Origin: Eledone cirrhosa
Taxonomy: Eukaryota
Direction: 5' to 3'
NCBI GenBank assembly: GCA_964016885.1
Contig: OZ024740.1
Location: 409,324,001-409,388,000, forward strand
Length of the DNA: 64,000 nucleotides
Both the position numbers and the translations under genes were made by a program. Of the stretch, positions 53,172-64,000 are shown piece by piece (the stretch's first letter is position 1; each line of letters starts with the position of its first letter). The notes under the pieces were generated by a model. The model saw only the letters and a program-made list of their open reading frames with translations, did not search any database and had not been told where the DNA came from.

Positions 53172-55249
53172 TGTGTGTGTGTGTCTGTGTGTGTGTGTCT
53201 CTGTGTGTGTGTGTTTATGTTTACCAGTTATCCTGGCTTTTACATTGCCATAACAAACCGCACATGTTTTCACTTTATTTTATTTTAACTGTTTTCAATT
53301 TATTTAATCACAGGGAATTTGCAGAGTCATTAGAATGTCAGAGAGAATACTTTGTGGTATTTCTACCGGCTTGCTGTGTCTTGAGTTCAAAACCCGCCGA
53401 TAAAAAGTAACAGTTCAGCACAGGGATCGATTCTTCCTCGTTATCTTTTCCTCTCTCTCTCGGAAAGAAACTGGCTGTGTTCAGACCTGGAGAGGACATG
53501 GGCTCTGTCAGTTTTTAAAAGTGCCCAAGACACACTTTATGTCACTACAACACCCTTACAATTCCATTTAATACAGATAAGTGTAGTGCACTAAATATAA
53601 TGGTTTCTTATTAAGGCACAAGGCCAACAATATTGGCGGCGGGAAAGTCAATTAAACCGACCCCAGTGCATTACTGGTACTTTATTTTATCGACTCTGTA
53701 AGGATGAAAAGCAAAGATAATCTCGGCGGGTTTTGAACTCAGAACATAAGCGTAGGTAAAGGACCCTTAATTACCAATGGAGTTGTGGAAGCGCTGTCAT
53801 GATGCAAGCGTGTCTTAGGCATTTCAAACCTGGTCTCAACACAACCAATTGGCTTAGTGGTTAGAGCATTGGGCTTGCAATCGAAAGGTTGTGAGTTCAA
53901 TTCTCGGACCGGGTAATGTGTTGTTTCCTTGAGCAAGACACTTTATTTCACGTTGCTCCAGTTTACTCAGCTGTAGAAATGAGATGATAGGACTGGGGTC
54001 CCTATCATTAAATCACCCAAGATACCTCCAACGAGATATACCTTGGAGGAGGCCAGCTAAACCTGCATAGATGTGAGCTATAACAACAACAACAAAGTAC
54101 TGGACTGGTACATTATTTATCGATCTCGAAAGGATTAAGGGCAAAGATGACCTTGTCCAGATCTGAACCCAGAGCACAGTGAACCGGAACAATATCCAGG
54201 TATTTTAAATCTGATACTCCAACGACTCAGTCAATTCGCCACCTTTCAGACTGTTAGGAGTTGTAGCTAGACAGTTTGTCTGTCATTCTACCTTCTCTGC
54301 CACTCACTTCATCCCAACTAACCTTATGCAGTCATAAATTTGGGTGGATGGCATTATAGTCAAATAAATTGACAGAATTTAAACTCAGAACATATAAGGC
54401 CGTAATTAAATACCACAAGGCATTTTAGTACTGCACTGGTACTTTTTTATAGATCCCAAAAGGATAAAAGGTAAAGTTGACCTTGGCGAGTGACTATAGT
54501 GATCGTGAAGGAAAACGATGTTTTGTTATTGAAACAGTAAGCGATCTTACTATATTCGATATCACCTTTGTCACGCAAACATTGCAAAACACAATAACAT
54601 ATAACGATGGAAAGATCTAAAAATGAATGGCATTCTTGTTTTAATTTAGAACTAAGCTGTAATTTACAGGTGAACATTCTGTAATTTTCCTTTGACTGAC
54701 TCACGCTGACCTCGCTGTTTAACATAATAAAGAAAAATCTCAACAAGTATGTAGGTAGACAGACCTTCCCACCTGTTGAATGTGATTTTTTGCTTTATTT
54801 TTGTTGTTTTTAATGTTGGTTTTATTATTTATAGACAAAATCCCAGGCATGTTTGTTTGACAAAGATTTCAATGCAGTCGCTGCAATAGTTTTCGTTGCT
54901 TTAGTTGCTGTTACTGTTATTGTCAACATGAACTTTATTGCTTTTCCCTCGTCTTTTTTAGATATGATTTTATGCATTTCTGATGTTGCACATGTTGATA
55001 ATAATGGTGTCTTTATTTTAATGCCGCCGACGATTTTATCTTCATAACTATTGTCATTTTTCTGCTGCATTGTTAGTGTTTTGTTCGCTAGAGTTGGTGC
55101 TGTTGCAGCTGTCGTATTAGTTACCTATCATACCAACGAATGATTTTGTTATTGTTGATGTAGTTATGGTTGTTGTTGTTGATACTGCTGCATTAGGGCC
55201 AACTGCAAATATTTCAAGACATATTGATGATGATGCTGGTAATGTTGTT

Positions 55250-55280
<31 letters not shown>

Positions 55281-55476
55281 ATGAACACTATTTCTTATAG
55301 TATGATCAGAGGAGGTAGGACAGCGCTTGTGATCTTTTAGAAGGGTTGCCCCAAACTAGTGAGCTTCTGCATGGGATGAGGAGTAGGAAACCGAAAATGA
55401 AGCCTCAATACAGGAGGGATTCAGTAAAAGTATTCAAGTGTCAGGTGTAGATCTGTCAACTCTCCCCCGTCGGACG

Positions 55477-55860
55477 GGGAGATCTCTCACCCACTTTGGG
55501 GTGGGTGAACCGATGGGGAGATCTCTCACCCACTTTGGGGTGGGTGAACCGATGGGGAGATCGTTCACCCACTTTGGGGTGGGTGAACCGACGGGGAGAT
55601 CGTTCACCCACTTTGGGGTGGGTGAACCGATGGGGAGATCTCTCACCCACTTTGGGGTGGGTGAACCGATGGGGAGATCGTTCACCCACATTGGGGTGGG
55701 TGAACCGACGGGGAGATCGTTCACCCACTTTGGGGTGGGTGAACCGATGGGGAGATCTCTCACCCACTTTGGGGTGGGTGAACCGACGGGAAGATCTCTC
55801 ACCCACTTTGGGGTGGGTGAACCGACGGGGAGATCACTCACCCACTTTGAGGTGGGCGAA
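55477..55860. repeat. 39-bp tandem repeat (about 10 copies) inside MITE 55448-55992
   Basis: Unit ggggagatctctcacccactttggggtgggtgaaccgat with internal hairpin tcacccac/gtgggtga. Confidence 0.95.
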
Positions 55861-57226
55861 AGATGTCTTCTCTCGTGAAAATGGATATAACTTTAATTAT
55901 TTAAAATCTCCCCATTTTGCCTCATTTCTCCCCGTTTTGGGGCACTTTTTTTCATGCTACCCCGTTTGGGTTTTTAGAGTTTGGCAGGTCTGCAGGTGGT
56001 AGTGTTGAACCGATCGACGGATTATGTCTACCACACAAAAATAGGTACAATCCATCAGATGGACTTCCACACAAATTTTGTCTATCCTGTTTAACGCTGA
56101 GTCTTAGCACTGTGACGCTGCCGCAATCCGTGTTTTGACATAGCTGGTAATACATAACTCCTAATGATATTTGTTAGTTAACCTCCCCTGGGTTTTAGGG
56201 TAAAAAAAAATTAGTTTTTCCTCTCAAAATGAACAGATATTACAAAAGAGATGTGTTGTTTCAATTTACTCTAATATTTTTACTTGGTTTGAGAGATTAC
56301 CAAATAGCAGAGGATTCGAAGTTGATGTCTCTGAGTTAATCGTGTAATAATTTACACATTCTCCAATTTTGTGTCTCTTCGTAGAAATGTATTTTTATGA
56401 GTTAGTGGATAAAACCCTTTTAAAGGGACTCCGAGACTGTTAAGAGAGAGGGGGGGGAGAAAGTGATGAGAGAGGGGGGAGTGATGAGAGAGAGGCTGAA
56501 AAAGATAGAGAGAAAGAAGGAAGAAAGTGCAGAGAGAAAGGGAGAGAGTGCGAGAGAGAGAGAATTTTGAAAACTTGTTTTTGAACAGGTTAAATATTTT
56601 TCGTTGAATAAGATTTAACCTGTTCAAAAACAAGTTTTCAAAATCTGATAAGTTTTAATCTAAGCACAAACGTTCTGTTATTTTAACGGAAAGGGACGGT
56701 TATTGTGATTTGACGCACTTCTCAAGGATATTTGTTCAGTCTAACACTGGCACCTGGGTTCTTGGGTGCGATTAGCGGAGTCAACTCTAATGCAAATGTA
56801 AGGACAAGGACTCCGGTGAGAGAAACACTTCGTCTTTTTCCTACCAATCTCAAAGGTCTTAAAAAAGGTCCCGAACACTGCTCTTCTTATTCTGACTAAG
56901 CCATGAAATATTCGTGGAGTAAGGTAAGTGAACAGGTTGGACGGAAAAATCAAAATTCTTACATGGACTCGACTTACGTGTGTCTTACTTATTTTTTATT
57001 TCATCCTTACTACCACACGGAATAAATTATTGTTATATTCTTGACTACACATAATGACTGTCCTTATATTGGAAATAGGTTCGGGACGAACTGAATCTGT
57101 GAGAATCTTGACGTTTATGTTGAAGTAAGTTTACTTTACTTACGCTGCAAATGCTCTTGGAAGATGAATAAATATACACATGACTCATTACCTCTTGTTA
57201 TATAACTATCCAATCCCTGAGACATT

Positions 57227-57975
57227 GTCTTCTTCTTCTTCTTCTTCTTCTTCTTCTTCTTCTTCTTCTTCTTCTTCTTCTTCGCCCACTTATTCCTGAG
57301 AGGATCGTGGGGTCAGATTCCCCCGAATACTGATTGCAGCGGGTCCTGTCAGAAGCAATCGTCTCCATCTGGTGCGGCTGAATCTCCAAGAGAGACCAGC
57401 CAAGCTCATGGATGTTATCATACTGCACCAGCTTCTGCAAATCTTACACTTAATTCAGCCTCCTACCTTCCATCACTAGTGAACATGGTCCCGAGATACT
57501 TGAACATCTCCACCTGCTTCAGTGGAGGCAAAGAACGAGGTCTACAAAGCTTGGCTTGGAAATAAGTCTTCTTTCTTTCACTCCCGGTACAAGCCAGCAC
57601 GAAGAATTGTAGCAGAGATAGTAAAGGCGTTCAAAGTTAAGATATGGGAGGACTTTAGGATTAAGCTGGAACCCGACTCCAGATCAGGAAATAAAGTGTT
57701 CTGGCAGTCCTTCTATCAGGAACGCATTTAGGGATTCTCCTCACTTCAGAGTGGTGCATCCTCGCAACATGGAGAGAATACTTTGCTGATCTCCTTAACC
57801 CGATCTCAACAACATCTTCTGATGTACACAAGGGGCATCAGGGAGCGGTTACTAATCTCTCAGAGGCTGAGGTCACAAGAGCAATAAAAGAGCTCAAATG
57901 TAGCAAGGCCCTGGGGAGGAAATTCAGCCAGCGATGTTAAAAGCTTTAAATAAGAAGGTATTCTCTGGCTGAGAC
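57227..57975. pseudogene. RTE-clade LINE fragments in opposite orientations
   Basis: (GAA)n tail and 3' end on minus. EAKNEVYKAWL..KIWEDF..NKVFWQ..ISEAEVTRAIKELKCSKA on plus. Confidence 0.7.
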
Positions 57976-58006
57976 ATTGTCACATCTTAAAATTTCACTT
58001 TTGTTT

Positions 58007-59123
58007 CTAGATTAAATTAGGACAAGATGATCTAACAGAGCTTATTATGTAACTTATATAAGTAATGAAGAGAAGTGGGCCCAATAGAGTGCCTTGTGGA
58101 ACTCCACTACTGACTTTGGTCGAGTTTGATCCTATTACTTTGACCACAATATGCTGGGATCTGTTTGTTAGGAAACATTTAATGCACTGCAGTAACTTTC
58201 CAGACTCCAATTTGTTGTGATCGATCCTGTCAAAAGCTTTGCTGAAATCAAGGTAAATAATATCCGTATTGGAACCATCTCCCAAAGCCCCACATAACGC
58301 GTACCGGTTGTAGTTCAGCAGATTTTTCCTTTCAAGGAAGTGAGTTATTTGTGATCTCACCACCCTCTCAAATACCTCGATGATATGAGAAGAGAGTGAG
58401 TTTGAACGGTAATTAGGACGACGGACTGCGGCAGGAATGTTCAGGGGTACAGGCAGCATCCTGTGAGATTCTCGAAGGATTAGCAAAAGGAGATGCAAGT
58501 TAATATTGGCAATTCGTCAGGACACTAGCAGGGAACATATCGGGGCCAACTGTTGAGTTATGCTTGATTTTGTCTATTGCCGCTAATATATCAGCGGCAC
58601 CAAATATCATGTCAGATGTAATGAGTTGGTGGTTTACATCACTGATACTATCCAGATCAACCATATAAGGATTTCTGAAAGCAGAACAATATTGTTTCTG
58701 CAGTATCTCAGTCATGGAATTAGTATCATCACGGAGGATGTTATTTTCTTCAGCCAGAGGTCCATCAGTAGAAACAGTGATGAAAAGAACACTTTTGGAT
58801 TGAGTTTGATTTTCTCAATGGTCCAGTCCTCCTTAGCTGGTCTTTGATTATTGATGATGATCTTCATGCTGCTTTGAAAGTTATGTTGTTGTTTTTATTC
58901 AAGCAATGCAATAGCAATCGAATGGGTGTGTTGCTTCTGGTAGTATTTTAGTTGGTTGAATTTCTTTGTTAATTCTTATATTTCTAATGTTATTTCTTCT
59001 ATTCCTGGGAATTCTGCACTTAATTTTCTTCACAGATCTTGTTGGGATATGTTTTGTACATATATTTGTAACGGTGTCTGCAAAAATCTTGGTAGATATT
59101 TGCAGACACCTTTTTGTTGGGGG

Positions 59124-59196
<73 letters not shown>

Positions 59197-59370
59197 TGTG
59201 TGTGTGTGTGTGTGTGTGAAAGACCAGTCAACATGGGTAAGATCGTTAATGATTGCAACCCAGTTTGCATTAGGAAGATCTATGTTGTTAAATGGGTGGG
59301 CTAGGGAGAGGTCATTGTGTTTAACTAGTGGCTGGTGGAATCACAGATTAGAGACAACCATGTCATTGTC
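58007..59370 (-). pseudogene. CR1-clade LINE ORF2 remnant
   Basis: NYR..SLSSHIIEVFERVV, IYLDFSKAFDRIDH, SGVPQGTLLGPLLF. Confidence 0.85.
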
Positions 59371-59432
59371 TGAGAGAGTAAGAGATAGATAAATAGATAG
59401 ATAGAGAGAGAGAGAGAGAGTGAGAGAGGAGG

Positions 59433-59517
<85 letters not shown>

Positions 59518-60728
59518 AACGAATTAAAATTTATTTTCTTCCTCCGAAAAAATCTTTAATATCTGGTATGGTCTCTTGCCACCCTCATTGCTGAGGGTTA
59601 AGGACCATGGACAATGGTACCAAGGCTAACCTATGTGATGTAGTAGTCCATAACTCTCATCGGGCAAAAAGTGACGTCGATGGATCTCAAATCCTCATCC
59701 GACTATTCCTCGAAACCTGACAACCGAGCTGCAACTCATCCCCCTTGGATGAAGACATTAGCCACTTGAAAGGTTGTCACCAAGGTGACTGACGAGTCCC
59801 GTCTACCGCTGTTTTGATCGTTCTCCTTGACCGACTGCCAAACAAAGCTAACTAGCTCTGTTTCCTCGCTTTTGTGTGTGTGTTTTTACACACCAATTCT
59901 TTTTGTTTGGAAAATAAAATAGAATAACAATAAAAAAAAGACCAAAACAAAAACCATGGAAAATATATCATCACTTTCAAAGAAATTTCCAGTTAAAATC
60001 TGAGGTGATATTAAGAAAAGACGCCTCGCTCCACATATTAAGACAAGACGTCTCGCTCCACATTAGCGAAAAAAAAACAGGTTTCATAGATATTTTCTTT
60101 TGTATTTAATTTCATATATGTTAACGTGCTTATAAAGTAATTTATTACGTATGTGTGTGTATGTGTGTATGTGTGTATGTGTGTGTGTGGGAGTGTGTAT
60201 GTGTGTGTGGGAGTGTGTGTGTGGCCGGAAGTGTGGGTGTGTTTATGTGTGGATGGGTGTAGATGCAGAAATTTGAAATATAATATCGTAGTTGTTTCCA
60301 ATTCAATTAATTTAGTTCATATTTCACGCTTAGTCATAAGACACAGAGATAGAGAGAGAGGGAGAGAGAGAGAGACAGAGACAGAGAAAGAGAGAGAGAC
60401 CCCCCACACACATATATATAAGTATATATATATATAAGTATATATATATATATAAGTATATATATATACACACACACATACACACACACACATATATATG
60501 TATGTATATATATATATATATATGTATGTATATATATATATGTGTATATATATGCAGAGGTTATATTTAATTTGTTGGGATACAACAAGCTTAACAATAT
60601 TTTTATAACTGATATAAAGCACTCAACAAATTATTGGAGTAAATATACAATATATTAACAAATGGAAACTATATTTATAAAACCATATTTATTTTATTAT
60701 TCATATTTCAAGGGCCACCATTGTATTG

Positions 60729-60794
60729 TATTTTATCTGATGAAAGCGCACCATAATTTGCCTTGGTGGCCCTTGAAATATGTATAATAAAATA
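60729..60794 (+). ncRNA. Type I minimal hammerhead ribozyme in fold-back pLTR 60643-60842 (family of 3026)
   Basis: tattttat CTGATGA aag-c-gcacca..tggtggc-c-ctt GAAA tatgta TA ataaaata. Confidence 0.85.
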
Positions 60795-61084
60795 AATATG
60801 GTTTTTATAAATATAGTTTCCATTTGTTAATATATTGTATATGTATATATACAGGGGCGGGGGAAGTATTTCTAAATGGGGAGGGGGGCAAATTTGGACA
60901 ATTTAGTTGTAGTGATTAGTTTCGTTCTTAGCAATCTAAAATGGTCAGAAAACTTGGATATGCGATAAACATCATATGTACATAAATTGTAGCGTATATC
61001 CAAATAGATGTGTGTTTTGGTAGTTTGGGGAGAAAATATAATTATTGGAGGGTGGCAGCCCCCTCCCCCAGTTCCACCGCCACA

Positions 61085-61146
<62 letters not shown>

Positions 61147-61402
61147 GAAAAAATTATGCTCTGTGCCCTTTCCTAAGGGGTTAATGTATCGAGCTTTTCC
61201 GCATTTGGTAAGAAACTGGTATTATACCCACTTTATTCATCTCATATATACACACACACACATATATATATATATGTTATTCCGGGTTGAATCAGAGGTA
61301 ACGACAGTAAGTAAGGTACTCAATACATAGCAGAGTATAACAGTTTTAATATAGATGATATTCTACAGGACTAGAACTGTTTCATTCTTTAGAAATCCTT
61401 GG

Positions 61403-61451
61403 GATTCCTGATGATTTCTAAAGAATGAAACAGTTCTAGTCCTGTAGAATC
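61403..61451 (+). ncRNA. Type I hammerhead ribozyme in fold-back 61352-61459 (family of 17452)
   Basis: gattc CTGATGA t-ttc-taaa-gaa-t GAAA CAG..CTG TA gaatc. Stem I is compensatory relative to 17452. Confidence 0.88.
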
Positions 61452-61472
61452 TCATCTATCTATCTATCTCTA

Positions 61473-61516
<44 letters not shown>

Positions 61517-61631
61517 CAAAATTAAATTAAGGGTGTCATGTCGGAGAGACATGCGCCATATCCACTGTAGAATATGCTCCAAGATTCCAATGAATAGATC
61601 CGAGCATTTTATATTAACTAGAAATTGCTTG

Positions 61632-61681
<50 letters not shown>

Positions 61682-62459
61682 AAAGTTTGTCCTTCATCAG
61701 TGATCTTCCAACCATCATAGGCATTTCATCGCTTTAAAGACCATATACCTCCGGTTGGTGCGAGCAACGGCTAAAAAAAGTTGTTGGGACACGTAAATAA
61801 AGGGGACGCGAGGGTAAACAAACAACATGGTGAAGCAACAGAAAGTGAGGAAGAAAGAGACAAGTCCCAGATTTCTATGAATTTAAATTCGGTGAAATCG
61901 TGAACGAGAGAATAAAGACCATCAAACCTGGTTGAAATGTGAGCAAGGAAGGAATTTCGCACAGGTCTAACGGGAGGAAGAAGGGGTCTGGTCTGCGAAT
62001 TCGGTAAACATAAGTTCTGTGAAATCGTAGACGAGAGAGAGAAAAAATTCATACCAGCTTGGCCAGCGTGCGAGAGAAAAGAATTACACACAGGTCAAAC
62101 GGGAAGAAAGAGGAGGAGGAGAGGTAGTGACAGAGAATGAGTGAGTGAAGGGTGAGGAAGAGGCTAACAGAGAGAGAGACTGCTAGAAAGGGTAAAGATA
62201 CATAGAACGAAAAATGCCTATGATGGTTGGAAGATCACTGATGAAGGACAAACTGTTTTCATATGTAACCCATTTGCAACTCTGCAGCGCCCTTATTATC
62301 ATATTTACACATATTTTTTCCTCTGCTGCTACTCGTCTTTTTCGTTCTATGTATCTTTACCCTCATATGCAAATGAGATTAATCACCTCATTTATACAGA
62401 CGAGAAAACTATATATTCTCGACTGTTTTCTAGTCCAGCAGTTGCAGGTGTGGGAGGGA

Positions 62460-62501
62460 CCGTCCTGATGAAGACCAGTCAAGTCTGAAATGCATAGACG
62501 G
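62460..62501 (+). ncRNA. Type I minimal hammerhead ribozyme
   Basis: ccgtc CTGATGA agac-cagtcaa-gtct GAAA tgca TA gacgg, with palindromic ATGCAT. Confidence 0.88.
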
Positions 62502-62526
62502 GTGTCCCCCTTGCTTCTGCTGGACA

Positions 62527-62542
62527 CCACCAGAGGGCGCTA
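62527..62542 (+). promoter_or_regulatory. CTCF consensus-like site
   Basis: CCACCAGAGGGCGCTA matches the metazoan CTCF core motif. Binding is not shown. Confidence 0.4.
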
Positions 62543-62607
62543 GCCCCGGTGTTTGCATAGCTACGGCTTCCTAAACACCGTGTTTCTTTAGAAATACGGA
62601 ATCTCAA

Positions 62608-62672
<65 letters not shown>

Positions 62673-62789
62673 AAGTGTGGGTTTATCTAATAATAATACT
62701 CGATTCGTTTACAAGCAAACGACCTTATTATGCTATGCTGTGTTTTGATGACTACCGTCATCCGTTTGTTCAACAGTAGCATCGAGGAA

Positions 62790-62830
62790 CAACCAACATG
62801 TTTCTGGGTTATTTCCCTTCATCAGAACTG
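62790..62830 (-). ncRNA. Minimal hammerhead ribozyme with weak stem I
   Basis: Minus strand: cagtt CTGATGA a-ggg-aaataa-ccc-a GAAA catg TT ggttg. Confidence 0.6.
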
Positions 62831-63260
62831 TTTACCACTCAACTACTCGTTTGAACTGTTGAAAATATACATCTTTTTCTAAAGTATACACCACTCGGTA
62901 TGCAAATGAAGCTATAAAAAAACAAAGAACTCAGATACATACACACACATACACACACCAGTGTGCACACACCAACAATATAAGACTCTAAGACACACAC
63001 TCACACAGACTGAAGCAACGCTCACCTACCAATTTCATCCCTTCGCCATACACATAACCGCACCCATGACACTACCCCAAAATGCCGGACCTCTAACCTA
63101 CCACTCCAACCTATCAATCTCCCCCTAACACCCTTTCCTAACTTTTCTGATGAAGGGGTTCCGTCTGAAACATAGAACCCTCCTCCATTTCTTCCAAGAG
63201 TGAACCTAATATGACTTTGTATTTTTGTATCCTTATGTTTGCTTTGTTTCTTTTATCGAC

Positions 63261-63355
<95 letters not shown>

Positions 63356-63805
63356 TACATACATATATATATATTTTTATCATTTGTTTTGTTTTGAGCT
63401 GTTTAGCTTGATTTGGCTTTTGGCCTGGGTGGTTAATGCTTCTTTGACCACTTTTTCAGTTTTGTATGGCTTCTTAACACATTGTTTAGCTCTGGTTTTT
63501 AACTATTGAGCACTTTGCCAGTATCATTTCTGATTTTTGCGTTTCGCTTCGCTTTTCCTGCACGTCGAAAATGCAATTCTCACTGAATCTTTATTTGTGT
63601 GCGATGAAATACCCATGATCGTTTGGTAAATCACTGATGAGGGACTCATTTTATAACATGTTATCCATGTGCAACCAGCAGTATTCTTCTCACCGATATT
63701 TCCATATATATATATATATATATAAAATAATAATAATAATAAAGTATATGTCCCTAAACGCACAAAGTGCTTATTTTGAAACTTTTTCTTATTTGCTAAA
63801 CGTTG

Positions 63806-64000
<195 letters not shown>

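Noticed and set aside
53848-53915. Possible tRNA gene
   Set aside because: The tRNA-like head continues into the SINE family B body and has no clean cloverleaf.
54480-54850. Possible very old PLE RT remnant (SFLDLSI on minus)
   Set aside because: A single short motif; no catalytic DD was found.
55477-55860. CRISPR-like palindromic repeats
   Set aside because: Contiguous tandem units with no unique spacers, no cas genes, inside a eukaryotic MITE.
56660-56970. piggyBac-like Cys-rich C-terminus
   Set aside because: Cys spacing is unconvincing and no paired TTAA/TIR was found.
61685-61780. HDV-like ribozyme fold in the ccaacc/ggttgg repeat
   Set aside because: P1.1 and P2 could not be built, and P3 is not consistent across the copies.
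63143-63177. CTGATGA..GAAA hammerhead candidate
   Set aside because: Stems I and III pair poorly; counted only as a weak, probably decayed motif.

Overview
Repeat-saturated, AT-rich, gene-poor animal DNA with abundant (TA)n/(CA)n microsatellites. The SINE and repeat make-up resembles an octopus genome (inference). No intact host gene is recognisable. The window holds decayed mobile elements: two tandem Penelope-like elements (PLEs, RT + C-terminal GIY-YIG) plus several PLE remnants, a cluster of L1/Tx1-type LINEs (one nearly full length), a Helitron Pif1-helicase remnant, an internally deleted mariner, CRE, RTE and CR1 fragments, about 20 tRNA-derived SINEs and several MITE families. The main signal missed by the ORF track is RNA-level: about 15 type I hammerhead ribozyme (HHR) motifs from several PLE pseudo-LTR (pLTR) families. 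Several have non-canonical cores and two families show compensatory or stem-preserving differences between copies. Many sit in fold-back pLTR remnants whose inversion point lies at the ribozyme. Also notable: a 4.2-kb 12-bp minisatellite grown inside a LINE ORF1, a palindromic element with two convergent tRNA-like Pol III units, and a MITE family with 6-bp TSDs. All folds and alignments were done by eye.
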